A DNA stretch of 32,000 nt from Zygophlyctis sp. KS116 (Eukaryota > Fungi > Chytridiomycota): positions 1 through 32,000 of the forward strand of contig BAAFSQ010000046.1 of the NCBI GenBank assembly GCA_054661495.1. Direction: 5' to 3'. Below, one piece after another: positions 1 through 10,735 of this stretch; positions within the stretch are counted from its first letter, which is position 1; each line of letters begins with the position of its first letter. The position numbers were made by a program, and so were the translations under genes. The notes below the pieces were generated by a model. It had not been told where the DNA came from. It saw only the letters and a program-made list of their open reading frames with translations, and did not search any database.

Positions 1-597
1 CTAAATCAGTTTATAGAGAATATTTCAAGCGAAATGAATATATTCGTCAATTAGAAAATATTTCAAGGGAATCAGAATGGTATATATCTGCAGCTTGCGA
101 TATTGTCGACAGATGAATTCGATTTCTGATGATAAATGATATTCATCCAAAGATAAAAAATATTTGTTACTTCTTCTTTAGCTTGGAAGATCCTTTGACG
201 TCGCAATAAACAATATTTTTTATATTCTACGATTAAAAAACGCAGTTCTACAGATCGTACAACTTCCCTCAAATTATAACTTCTGGTTCAGAATAGGGAT
301 TTATTTGGGTTATTTTAAGAAGTAAATCTTTATTTATGGTATCATTTAAATTTGCAATTATATAGTCATTGGTATTGAGCTGTTTATTACATTATATAAA
401 CTTGCGAAATATAAAATATCTGACCTACCGGTAAACCTAGCACGTGCTGTGTAAGTCCAATTTCAAGTCATTATTTTTCGCAGATGATAGCAAGCAGTAA
501 TTCTTTGCTGTTTCTCAGTGAAAATATCTTGATTACTCCTTTTCCATCGCCAAATAATTTTAAAAGTTGAACCTAGGCACGGACGTGATAATTTTTT

Positions 598-1175
598 ATG
601 GGAGGCTATTTCTCCTCACTTTTATCCAGACTCTGGGGGAACAAGGAAGTTCGTGTACTTATTTTAGGACTCGACGGTGCGGGAAAAACTACAATTCTTT
701 ATAGACTTCAGATTGGGGAAGTCGTTACAACAATTCCTACTATAGGTACATATTTTATATTTTGTAATTCTTTGGGTTTAATGTTGAAACTGTTTCATAT
801 AAAAACATCAAATTTCAAGTCTGGGATCTTGGAGGACAGACATCTATACGCCCTTATTGGAGATGTTATTACGCAAACACAGATGCTATCATGTATGTTG
901 TAGACTCGCAAGATGCTAATAGAATGGGAATAGCTAAAGAGGAATTATCGGCTATGTTGGAGGAAGAAGAATTAAAGAATACTTCATTGTTGGTAATTGC
1001 AAATAAGCAAGATATGGAAGGGGCCCTCACAGTTACTCAAGTCTCTGATATACTAGGTTTATCTTCACTCAAGAATAGGCAGTGGACTATATTTAAATGC
1101 TCGGCATTAACTGGGGAAGGTCTAACAGATGCGATGGATTGGTTAGTAGATGTAATTTCTCCAGGGAAAAAATAG
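598..1175 (+). CDS. ARL1: ADP-ribosylation factor-like GTPase Arl1 (182 aa; exons 598-745, 775-1175)
   Basis: MG myristoylation start, [10 protein letters not shown]-loop, TIPTIG|FNVE across a 29-nt intron (746-774, GT...TG), [21 protein letters not shown]. The spliced length is 549 nt. Confidence 0.95.
746..774 (+). other. Non-canonical 29-nt GT-TG intron in ARL1
   Basis: gtacatattttatattttgtaattctttg. Removing it restores the invariant TIGFNVE. The next AG downstream is about 45 nt away, and using it would delete conserved residues. Confidence 0.75.
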
Positions 1176-1267
1176 CCCCTCCCGTGTGCTGGCGCCCAAT
1201 GAATCTTTTGTTTTCGCAGCAATCCAATCAAAATAAATCACTTATCTTGATTAACAGGCAAATTAGT

Positions 1268-1449
1268 GTCAGCATTCATTCTTGCGTTGTATTTAATGGT
1301 TATTAGAGCGAAGAATATACTCTGAGATGAAGAGTACAAAGTTACTTGGAATGAATGTTTACAAGGTCTTGAAGTTTATGAGAACAAATGTGATTTGATT
1401 TCCATATAAATGAGCCGTTTAAGACCCATTACGTACAAGTGAATTTTTT
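1268..1449 (+). ncRNA. Candidate structured non-coding RNA, family not recognised
   Basis: Stems: 1273-1281 with 1349-1357 (9 bp perfect, extended by G-U pairs), 1318-1323 with 1331-1336, 1365-1373 with 1418-1426 (one G-U), 1385-1389 with 1393-1397. ACA at 1435-1437, T6 at 1444-1449, CCAAT boxes upstream at 1196 and 1224. Confidence 0.4.
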
Positions 1450-1474
1450 CTTAAAATTGCGATATTTCTATTGA

Positions 1475-3302
1475 ATGGGACAGGTCTATCTACGCATGTC
1501 AGCTGTAAGTCTCAAAATGGAAGAGCATGGAGTTTCGATCATTTCTGATAAAACTATAAACATTTCTTTTGCAAGTTTGTCCTCAATAGATAAGAAAATG
1601 TGTCGAGTTATTCTAATATCGAAGAGTCTGATTCTTTTAAACTTATCCTTTGAACTTGATAGAGACGCAGTTGCTTTCTACTCGGTTATTGAGAAGGCAA
1701 TGAATTCTATAACGGCAATGGAACAATTATACGCTTTTACTTACCTTCCCGACTATAATAAGAAAATGGCTAAACCATATGATGCTCAAACAGAGTACAA
1801 AAGGCTCATGGTTAATACAAATCAATGGAGATTTTCAGAGATAAATGCTAATTTCACGGTATCTAACACTATGATTTTATAGTAGTTTTGTCCGACATAT
1901 CCTTCAACTTTAGTGGTTCCAGTCAAAATATCAGATAATGTTTTAAAACATACAGCAAAATTTAGATCAAAAGGAAGAATTCCGGTTCTAAGTTATATTC
2001 ATAGAAGAAATAATGTATTCATGTTTTTTTATTTTAACTTCAACAGATTAGTATCACCAGATCAAGTCAGCCGATGGCTGGCATAAATAAGAATAGGTCA
2101 ATTCAAGATGAGAAGCTTATTGAGGCAATTTTCAATTCTGGTCTGATTCCACCGGTCTCAGGCAAATGTCATTTGATAATGGACGCAAGGCCAATGGCAA
2201 ATGCTATAGCTCAAACAGCCATGGGCGCAGGTACAGAAAGCTCGGATTCGTACAAAAATACTAGAATTGTTTTCTTGGGAATAGAAAACATACACGTGGT
2301 GCGTGATTCAATGAATAAACTTGTGGATGTTGTATCAAATTCAGATATCAGCACGTTTTCTTCTCAGGCCCTTGAAAAGACTGGATGGATTAAGCATTTG
2401 AAGTCCATTCTTTCCGGTGTCTCGATGATTGTTCAAGTAACTTTTTCATAAATAATACGTAGCATGTTCATGAATTTAATTGCCATGTTTTGATACATTG
2501 TAGTGATGGCTGGGACAGAACGGCTCAGCTAGCTTCACTTGCTCAGATATGTCTTGATCCTTATTTTAGATCTATTGCTGGATTACAGGTATTAATAGAA
2601 AAGGAATGGTGTCAGTTTGGGCATAAATTTAAAGTAAATTATATTTTATAAGATTAGGATCGATGCGGACATTTGGCGCGAGATATTGTCGATGAAAAGT
2701 CAATGAAATCTAAATTCCAAAACGCAGGAAAAAACGTCTCGCAGTCAATATCCACGTTCTTGGGTAGATCTGCTCATATTTCGCCAAGTACGTCTTCAAC
2801 TTATTTAAGCGAGCTTGCATCATCCGAAACCTCAACTGCTAATAATGCTGCGCCCAAAGAAGTATCACCCATATTTATCCAATTTTTGGAATGCATGATC
2901 CAAATCATGCGTCGCCATCCTTCTAAATTTCAATATTCAGAAGGACTTATTAGATTATTGGCTGAACACGCATATTCATGCCAGTTTGGTGATTTTCTCT
3001 TCAATAACCAGAAGGAGCGATCAGAATTCATTCTTAAAATGGGACCTGTTTCTCAAAGGTTAGAGCAGTGCACAGTCTCCATATGGGATTATGTTTATTC
3101 TAGGAATGACGAGTTTTTAAATCCAGAATTCACATTTATCTCCAACTTGGGATCTGAAACAGAGGATATTTTGGATATAAATACTTCACAATTATATTAT
3201 TGGACTGCAGAGCTTCTGTTTGATTCGGGAATAGATAATCGTATTTATGAGATTGATTCACTTAACCTCAAAAAGGCACCCTCTGTGAAATATGTGTCAT
3301 AA
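1475..3302 (+). CDS. Myotubularin-family phosphoinositide 3-phosphatase (Ymr1/MTMR-like, ~572 aa)
   Basis: Catalytic HCSDGWDRT motif, plus [18 protein letters not shown] and IENIHVVR. Introns 1859-1885, 2015-2046, 2437-2462, 2634-2657 (all GT-AG). Start codon uncertain. Confidence 0.92.
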
Positions 3303-3336
3303 TAAACAAGTCTCCAATGCAATAGAGATATTCAGT

Positions 3337-5822
3337 TTATAGTTTTAAATTCAATAGCCAAATGAGAACTATTTTGATTAAATCATTGACTATAAGTGAA
3401 CAGCAGAAAGAATAACTAACATAATTTGACACTACAAAAATTACATAAAAATGAACAAAGAAAATGAGCATTCGATTGGCTGAATGTCAAACACACTGAA
3501 ATGAACTAAAATGAATACTAAGAACATATCAAATAATATAGCAAGAACCAAATCCCTGCCAGGCTTTGATGACCACCAGCAGCCCTTTACTCGAAAACAT
3601 AATACGTTTAAGATTCCAAAAAAAAATAGCATTTCAAAAGCAGCCGTCTGTTGCTGACGAAAATTTAGTTCTCCAAAAGTTGCTTCATAAATTATTATGA
3701 ATTCAAACATAGAAATCAACCCCAAAGTTGAACACATAATAATAATCTTTCCTATTTGTGATTTTATAGAAAAATCGTTTGATGCTTCAATGTTATCTGT
3801 TGAGATAGCCAGAGTAACCAAATCTAGGCAAAATAGGAGATAAATCAAATGTTTCTCGTCCAAAATAAGCATTTTCTTGTAAAGAAAGATTACGCATATG
3901 AAAACATTTGTTTGAAATGCTTTTAAGATCTTATTCATAGTCCAAGTCAATATCCTTCGATGAACATTTCTACTACTAGAAATCAAATCAAGTATTCCCT
4001 TTATTCCAGATGTTGTTAAAATGACTGATGAGCAGCTTTTGGCAATATCTGAAGCCGATTCAACAGCTATTCCAATATCTGCTAACTTTAATGAGGGTGC
4101 GTCGTTAGCTCCGTCTCCAGTCCTGAATCTTTAAAAGGAAAAATTACATGCCCACTATAAATCCAAATGAATGGTAGATATCTATAATTGCTACTTTATC
4201 CTGTGGGAAAATGGACGCGAACCCCGAATATCCTAAAAATTCAGTTTCAGAGCATTCCTGTAAAACTTGACTTTCTCTGGAAAACATTTGGTTTGATTCA
4301 CTAATACCAGCATTGGAGCAAACAAATCTGGCCACGGCCAAAGAATCTCCTGTCAGCATTATGGTTTGAATAGACATATGCTGGATAGTTTGAATAGAAT
4401 CTTTGACATCAGGCCTAATAGGATCTTCGAATGCAATAATTCCTAACGGAATGATCTCCCCTGAAATATACCCCGAAGAAGCTACACAAACGCATCTCCA
4501 CCCTAATGATGCATATTCATTTGCTTTTGTTTTTAGGATCTCATGATCATTATTAGGAGAACAAAATTTTAGAATTTCCGGTAACGGACCTTTGACCACA
4601 AAATATCTTCGCTTAGAATGTACAGTCTCTAGTTCGGCTCTAGTATACCTATGAAATGTTGGATGAAATCCTTCAAATTTGATTAAATGAACATATTTCT
4701 TCATATCTTCCAATTTTTCGTGAACTGATTCCAAAACTGCTCTATCGATTGGATCGGGATCTACTGCTTCAGAAGCTAATGCGGCTGCTTCCAAAACATC
4801 CATTTTTGTAAATTGACACCCAATATTGTTAAAAGAAAAAACATCAGCCACTCTAAGCTTATTTTCGGTCAAAGTTCCAGTTTTATCTATTAAATATCAG
4901 AAACAGAATGATTACCAAAAAATAAAATCGACATGTTCGCTGCATCTTCTAAAACATTAAGATTAGTTATCAGCACTCCTTTTTTTGACAAACTGATGCC
5001 CTCCAAAGCAGTAGATATCGTGAACATTGCAGGCAAGCCCAGCGGTATTGTACCAGTGATCATTAAAAGAAAAAGAGGTATTATATGATCCTTAATTTCT
5101 TTAATAGTACCGGTCTGCATCATTAAAATCATAGATATAAACATCAAAACCATCACTACTCCTAAAAGATATAATGTTACTGTTCCTATCATCCGATCAA
5201 ATAAAGATGAAACCTTTCTTTGAGAATTGAAAATCAGTCCGATTGTTTTTCCGTAATATGTATTTGAGCCCACAGCAGAAATCCTACAAACAGCTTCCCC
5301 TTTTTCAACTAAAGTCCCAGCAAAAACAAGATCATCGAGCACCTTTTCGACCAAAAATGATTCACCGGTAAGAGAACTTTCATTGACTTCAATGAAGCCT
5401 TCAATTAACACACAATCCGCTGGAATAATATTTCCTAGTCTGACCATTATAACATCCCCACAAACTAACTCTGAAGATTTCAGTCTTTTCCATTCCCCAT
5501 TCCTTCTAACTCTAGAAGAAAAAGAAATGCTTTCCTGCAATTTTTGAAGGATTTGTCGAGCACGTCTCTCCTGCAAGATGGCCAAAATGGAATTCATCAG
5601 AAGCAAGGATCCCGATAAAACAGCTATTTCCCACTTTTTGATCAAAACACAAAAACCAAACGTCAAAATCAGCATTATAGAAGTTGCAGAAAAAAATTTG
5701 CCAAATAATACATCCCACTCATTCGATTTTTCCCCCGTCTTTACTTGGTTGGATCCATTTAATATCCTGGAATTTTCGGCCTCTTGATCAGTTAATCCCA
5801 GCAGATAATCTTCTTCAGACAT
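3337..5822 (-). CDS. P-type (P3A) plasma-membrane H+-ATPase, prokaryote-like, 800 aa
   Basis: LTGES, PLGLP in M4, DKTGTLT across intron 4887-4915, MLTGD, TGDGANDAP across intron 4123-4147, M6 Asp in LDLVTL. Third intron at 3416-3444. The spliced CDS is 2403 nt. Confidence 0.9.
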
Positions 5823-5831
5823 CAAAAATTA

Positions 5832-6736
5832 TTATGAATCACCAGTCTGTCTGGGAAACGTATTTCCCAGGGACATCTTGTTAAATTCCTCTTGAGTATA
5901 TGAAAGATTGAGCGGCTGGAGTTGCTTAGGCTGCTGTTTAGAAGAATCTATCGACATTTCCACTGGTGATATGACTGATGGTTCATTTGATAATAAAGTA
6001 ATAACTTTATCCGTCGTGATCGAAGTACTAACATGTGTTATATTCATCTTTGAATCATCATGAGGATATGGAACAGCAAAATGCATACCTATTTTAGACT
6101 TTTTTGGGCTATTTCCTGCATCAATTACACCTTTGGACGGTCCCATCTGGTTAAAACTGGCAGTGCTAGAAACAGAAGATGTAGATGATGTTCTCGGTCT
6201 TTTCTTTGCAGGATTAAAATGATTTGGCGATTGTCTACCAACTGGTGAAATTAACGAATTGGAACTAGTTGGGCGCATTATAGGAGACGATGGCATTTTT
6301 ATATGGCGTTTGTTTTGCCCATCAACAAATTCATCAAATATTTTCCTTTTAATACCCTTTGTACCATCAATTTCATGATAAGATTGCTCTTTACGATTAT
6401 ATATAAAAGAATTTTCTGGATTCAACTTTGATGTCTTTGAAAAATATGTAATTGGATCATATAAATGCGCATTCTAACATTAGAAAATACCTAAAATACT
6501 GATATACTGATGGCTCGTGATGGAAGCTGTATTCCATCATCTGGAATGGCTTTTGTAGCCATAAGTTCTACTTCCTCTAATGGAGAAATCATTTCATTAT
6601 CCTGTTCAATCTCTGCTGAACTACATTGTTGGTTGACAACTCTCTCATGTTCTATTTCCTTTTCCAAATGGCTCTTTTCTCCTTCTAAAAGCTTTTGGAC
6701 TCTAATTGAAGATAAAACCTTTTTATTGCTAGACAT
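5832..6736 (-). CDS. Hypothetical Ser/Pro-rich protein (~292 aa) with NLS-like PAKKRPR
   Basis: Two ORFs joined in frame by a 26-nt GT-AG intron at 6474-6499. No recognisable domain. Confidence 0.7.
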
Positions 6737-6747
6737 TAATCTTAAAT

Positions 6748-7928
6748 TCAAGGTCCAAGCCATAAGCCCAGCTCCACTGAATAAGCAAGAACCAATTTGG
6801 TAAATTCAGCCACATGCTTTATATCAATGTGCTTAACAGTATCCTCTGGAGTGTGTATATACGGTGAATGGTCTTTAAAAGATGATTCAAAACTAAAAAT
6901 AGAATCTACACCTGCTTTATACCAAGAGAAATGGTCCGAACACCCATATCTTCTGTTAAAAATGTATAATTACCCACATTGAACATCCTGTGCTTCAATA
7001 GAACAGTATTTGAGAACTAATTTCTTCAAAAAACTCCCTAAAGTTGGCGATACATTATCAGTTGCAATTCCAATAATTGGTTTTTTAGATTTAGGAACAA
7101 ATCCAGTCATGTCTATTTGATACATACTTAGAATAGGAACTCCTCTTGATACATAGTCTGCAGCTACTTTTTGCGATCCTAACAAACCACCTTCTTCTGC
7201 TGAATACCAATGAAATTCTATTGGTCTTTTTGGTACAAATCCACTTTCGACGAGTAATCTAAAAGCTTCAAAAGTACTAGTAGTTCCAGATCCATCATCA
7301 TCAGCCCCTGGTGCGTTCCCAAACCATGGATTATATTGATTTATAGAATCCAAATGTGCTCCGATAATGATCATTGGTAATTCAGAATCTGGTAGATCCC
7401 CTTGTAATTTTAATTTACTAGCTTCAACTCCAAATCTTGCAATTACACTTGTTTTAGAAACTTAAAATACCTGAATTGCTCCCAAGGATGTTTAAATTTC
7501 GAGACTGTCACCCTTCCATTTGACTTTTTAGCCAATTCAAGTGCTTTAGTATATATCCATTCAGACGCTTTTTTCCCATTTCTGGACTTGAAATATCTGC
7601 TAGGAAAAGAAGTAAATTCTGAAAGAAATCGCGACATTGAAGGCTCATCAACCTCTCCAAGGAGGGGAATGATAGTAACAGACTCTTTTGGGCCATCTGG
7701 GAAGACTCCTAATTATAAAAGTTTTCAAATGATACCAATGCTGGGAGGCTTAAATGCAGCTAGATTAGCGTCTGTAATATCCATAAATCCAACATTTTTT
7801 TGAATTAGTCTTAAAATCTGTTTCTCAGTCATCCATTCTTGATGAGTTTCTGAAGTTTTTATAAGTCGTTTTTCTGTCGCCAATGCAGTCACCAAATATG
7901 CAGCGATAAGGAGTCCTTTAAAGAGCAT
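6748..7928 (-). CDS. Secreted M28 leucine aminopeptidase (LAP1-like, 368 aa)
   Basis: Signal-peptide-like [17 protein letters not shown]. Zn-site motifs [37 protein letters not shown]. Introns 7709-7735, 7448-7470, 6950-6973. Confidence 0.92.
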
Positions 7929-7938
7929 TTTTTTAGGA

Positions 7939-9587
7939 ATGTCGCCGCTTAATGATCCTGTCACTGATGGCCTTTCTGTAGAAGAATTGATGGACCCGAA
8001 AGTCTCTGGAGGAGTTACATACAATGATTTTCTCATTCTTCCAGGTTATGTTGATTTTGGGGCTGATCAAGTCAATTTAGAAACTAGAATCACAAAGAAA
8101 ATATCTATAAAATCCCCTTTAATATCCAGTCCTATGGATACTGTCACAGGTAATGCAATTATCTAAAATGACTAGAGACTGATATGGCTATCCATATGGC
8201 ACTCAGTGGGGGACTTGGAGTCATTCATCATAATTGTCCAGTCAAGGATCAAGCAGAGATGGTGAGAAAAGTCAAGGTGAGTATTTTAATTTAGCTTATT
8301 TAGAAAGATGTTTGAAAATGGATTCATTACAGATCCGAGGTGTTTAGGGCCCAATAATACAGTTGCAGATGTCTTTGAAATTAAAAAGAAATTTGGGTTT
8401 TGTGGAATTCCAATCACTCAAGATGGAAAAATGAATTCGAAGTTGCTGGGGATAGTTACAAGAAGGGATATTGATTTTCTTCAAGGTAAAATAATGAAGA
8501 AATAATTTTTAAGGTGATTTACATGCAGGGAAAATACTAAAGGATGTTATGACAGTAGATCTTATTACAGCTCCTCAAGGAATCGCTTTGGCAGATGCCA
8601 ATAGGATTTTGATGCAATGCAAGAAAGGGAAGCTTCCAATAGTTGATAAAGAAGGTCGACTAATGGCTTTAGTAGCTAGATCTGATTTGATAAAAACAAG
8701 AGATCATCCTTGGGCCTCTACAATGCCAGGATCTTGTCAGCTAATTGCAGCAGCGGCTATTTCTACCCATTTGGAAGATAGAATACGATTAGAAGCTCTT
8801 GTAAAAGCCGGATTGGATATTGTAGTTCTTGACTCATCTCAAGGGAATTCTAGCTTTCAAATAGAAATGATTAAATATATAAAGGAAACTTATCCCTCTT
8901 TAGAGGTAATTGCAGGTAATGTGGTCACACAAGAACAAGCACGTAATCTTATAAAGGCTGGAGCAGATGCGCTTAGAATTGGAATGGGATCTGGATCTAT
9001 TTGTATTACCCAGGAAGGTAATAAGTTTATTCCAAATAAAAATAGTAATGGCTTGTGGCAGAGCTCAAGCTACTGCAGTCTACAAGGTAGCGCAGTATGC
9101 ACTAAAACATGGTGTCCCAGTGATTGCAGATGGTGGAATATCGAATGTAGGGCATATTATTAAAGCTCTTTCTCTTGGGACGTCTGCGGTAATGATGGGC
9201 TCACTTCTAGCGGGAACAACAGAATCTCCTGGAGAATTTTTCTATCATGAAGGGCAGCGCTTAAAAAAGTATCGTGGAATGGGTTCTTTAGATGCTATGG
9301 ACAGTGGTGATGCTGCTGGAAAAAGATATTTCTCGGAGAAAGATAAAATCAAAGTTGCTCAGGGAGTTACCGGAGCTGTTGTTGACAAGGGGTCAGTTAA
9401 GAAATTTCTGTCATATTTAATTACTGGCATTCAACATGGTTTTCAAGATATTGGAGTTAGAAGCATTTCTCAACTATACGATTCAGTGATAAGCGGGAAA
9501 GTTCGATTTGAAAAGCGCACTTCATCTGCTCAATTGGAAGGTGGAGTTCACGGTTTATATTCATACGAGAAACGACTGTTTTCTTAG
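7939..9587 (+). CDS. IMPDH: Inosine-5'-monophosphate dehydrogenase (511 aa)
   Basis: [19 protein letters not shown], a CBS pair, DSSQGNS, catalytic [20 protein letters not shown]. Introns 8150-8175, 8277-8307, 8486-8513, 9018-9045. Confidence 0.97.
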
Positions 9588-10720
9588 TGAGTAAATGATT
9601 TAAGAAACTTTTCAAAAGCACTTTTATCTTTCGAGTTTGATCTAACAGTCGGGAATATTCTCTTAACTGTTATGTTCCGCAAGAAATTATTGATTTCTTC
9701 ATATGATGAGTGTTCAGAGTATGGGATAGACAATAATATTATTCTATCAGATAGACGACGATAAGATAGAGATTTTATAGAAAACTCCGAATTTTGAATA
9801 TTATATGTCCATCCCTTGAAATAAGAAATATCAGATATTACCGTGGGTTTAATCGCCAGAATCAAATCTATATCTGCATTTTTTTGTGCTATATCTGCCA
9901 AGGAAACTTTATTTAATTGATCCATTTTAACAATATGTATTCTGGCAGAATTAGAATCACTAGTCAGTCTCTTGGATAGTTCCACATCATCCAATAACCC
10001 CCAAATTTCTCTTTTACTTTCAGACGCATAAATTAAACAATCAAGATTTTGTGCCAGCCGAAGTGCGATCTTTTCTTTACCAATGGTATAAGTCCCAATG
10101 ACAAGTAGAATTTTGGGATTTTGACAAATATTGGCGGGCTCTAACCACGACATTATAGTCCTTTGATTTCTGACTATAGTCTCGATGCTTTTTCCAGTTT
10201 CTAATTTTCTGATTAGAAGGGTCAAAGTATCAATTGTTTTTTCTTGAGTTGGAAACATGTATTTCGGATTTCCATATGTATTATCCAGGTATAAAATATC
10301 TATTGGTTCCTTAAATATTTTATGATTGCAAAGTCCGTCATAGTATCTAAAATCTCCGGTGTGAATATACCTTTGAGTCCCTACTTCAAACAAAATAATT
10401 ACGGCTCCCGGGCAACTAAAATCAGTACAAATATTTATTTACTGATTTGCATCAATTGCAGTGACTTTGATCCCTTGAATTTCATAAGCTTGATCCAGAC
10501 ATAAGACCTGAACAAGTTCTGCATTTACATTTAAGCGATTAATGATCAGCCTTGCGGTTATCAATGAGCAATAGATCAGGCCATTAAAGCTTGAATTCAA
10601 TCCCGTGTAATGATCCGAATGGAAATGTGTCAAGAAATATGCAGAACAATCTGGAACTGGGAATTGAAAAGAGTCAACTGAAATCCTTGTTTGTGGAAGA
10701 CATGCTTTTATATTTTCCAT
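9584..10720 (-). CDS. DNA cross-link repair nuclease PSO2/SNM1 family (MBL/beta-CASP, ~360 aa)
   Basis: HFHSDH, ANHCPG across intron 10416-10442, HTGDFR, YLDNTY, KPT|GW across in-frame intron 9815-9841, PYSEHSS. Confidence 0.92.
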
Positions 10721-10735
10721 TATAAATGCCTAAAC

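Noticed and set aside
1239-1250. ACTTATCTTG resembling the U1 snRNA 5' end
   Set aside because: It mismatches ACTTACCTG, and there are no convincing U1-70K or U1A loops or correctly placed Sm site.
1320-1335. CTGAGATGAAG resembling a TPP riboswitch or hammerhead core
   Set aside because: The remaining TPP motifs are absent, and the hammerhead CUGANGA/GAAA arrangement is not satisfied.
1505-1532. Possible extra intron (gtaagt...ggag) at the myotubularin 5' end
   Set aside because: It is purine-rich unlike the other introns, no ATG-initiated upstream exon joins in frame, and the unspliced ORF from 1475 is open.
7929-8036. N-terminal extension of the aminopeptidase ORF (MRKSLY...) over IMPDH
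   Set aside because: It is the antisense shadow of IMPDH. The signal peptide begins at ATG 7928.
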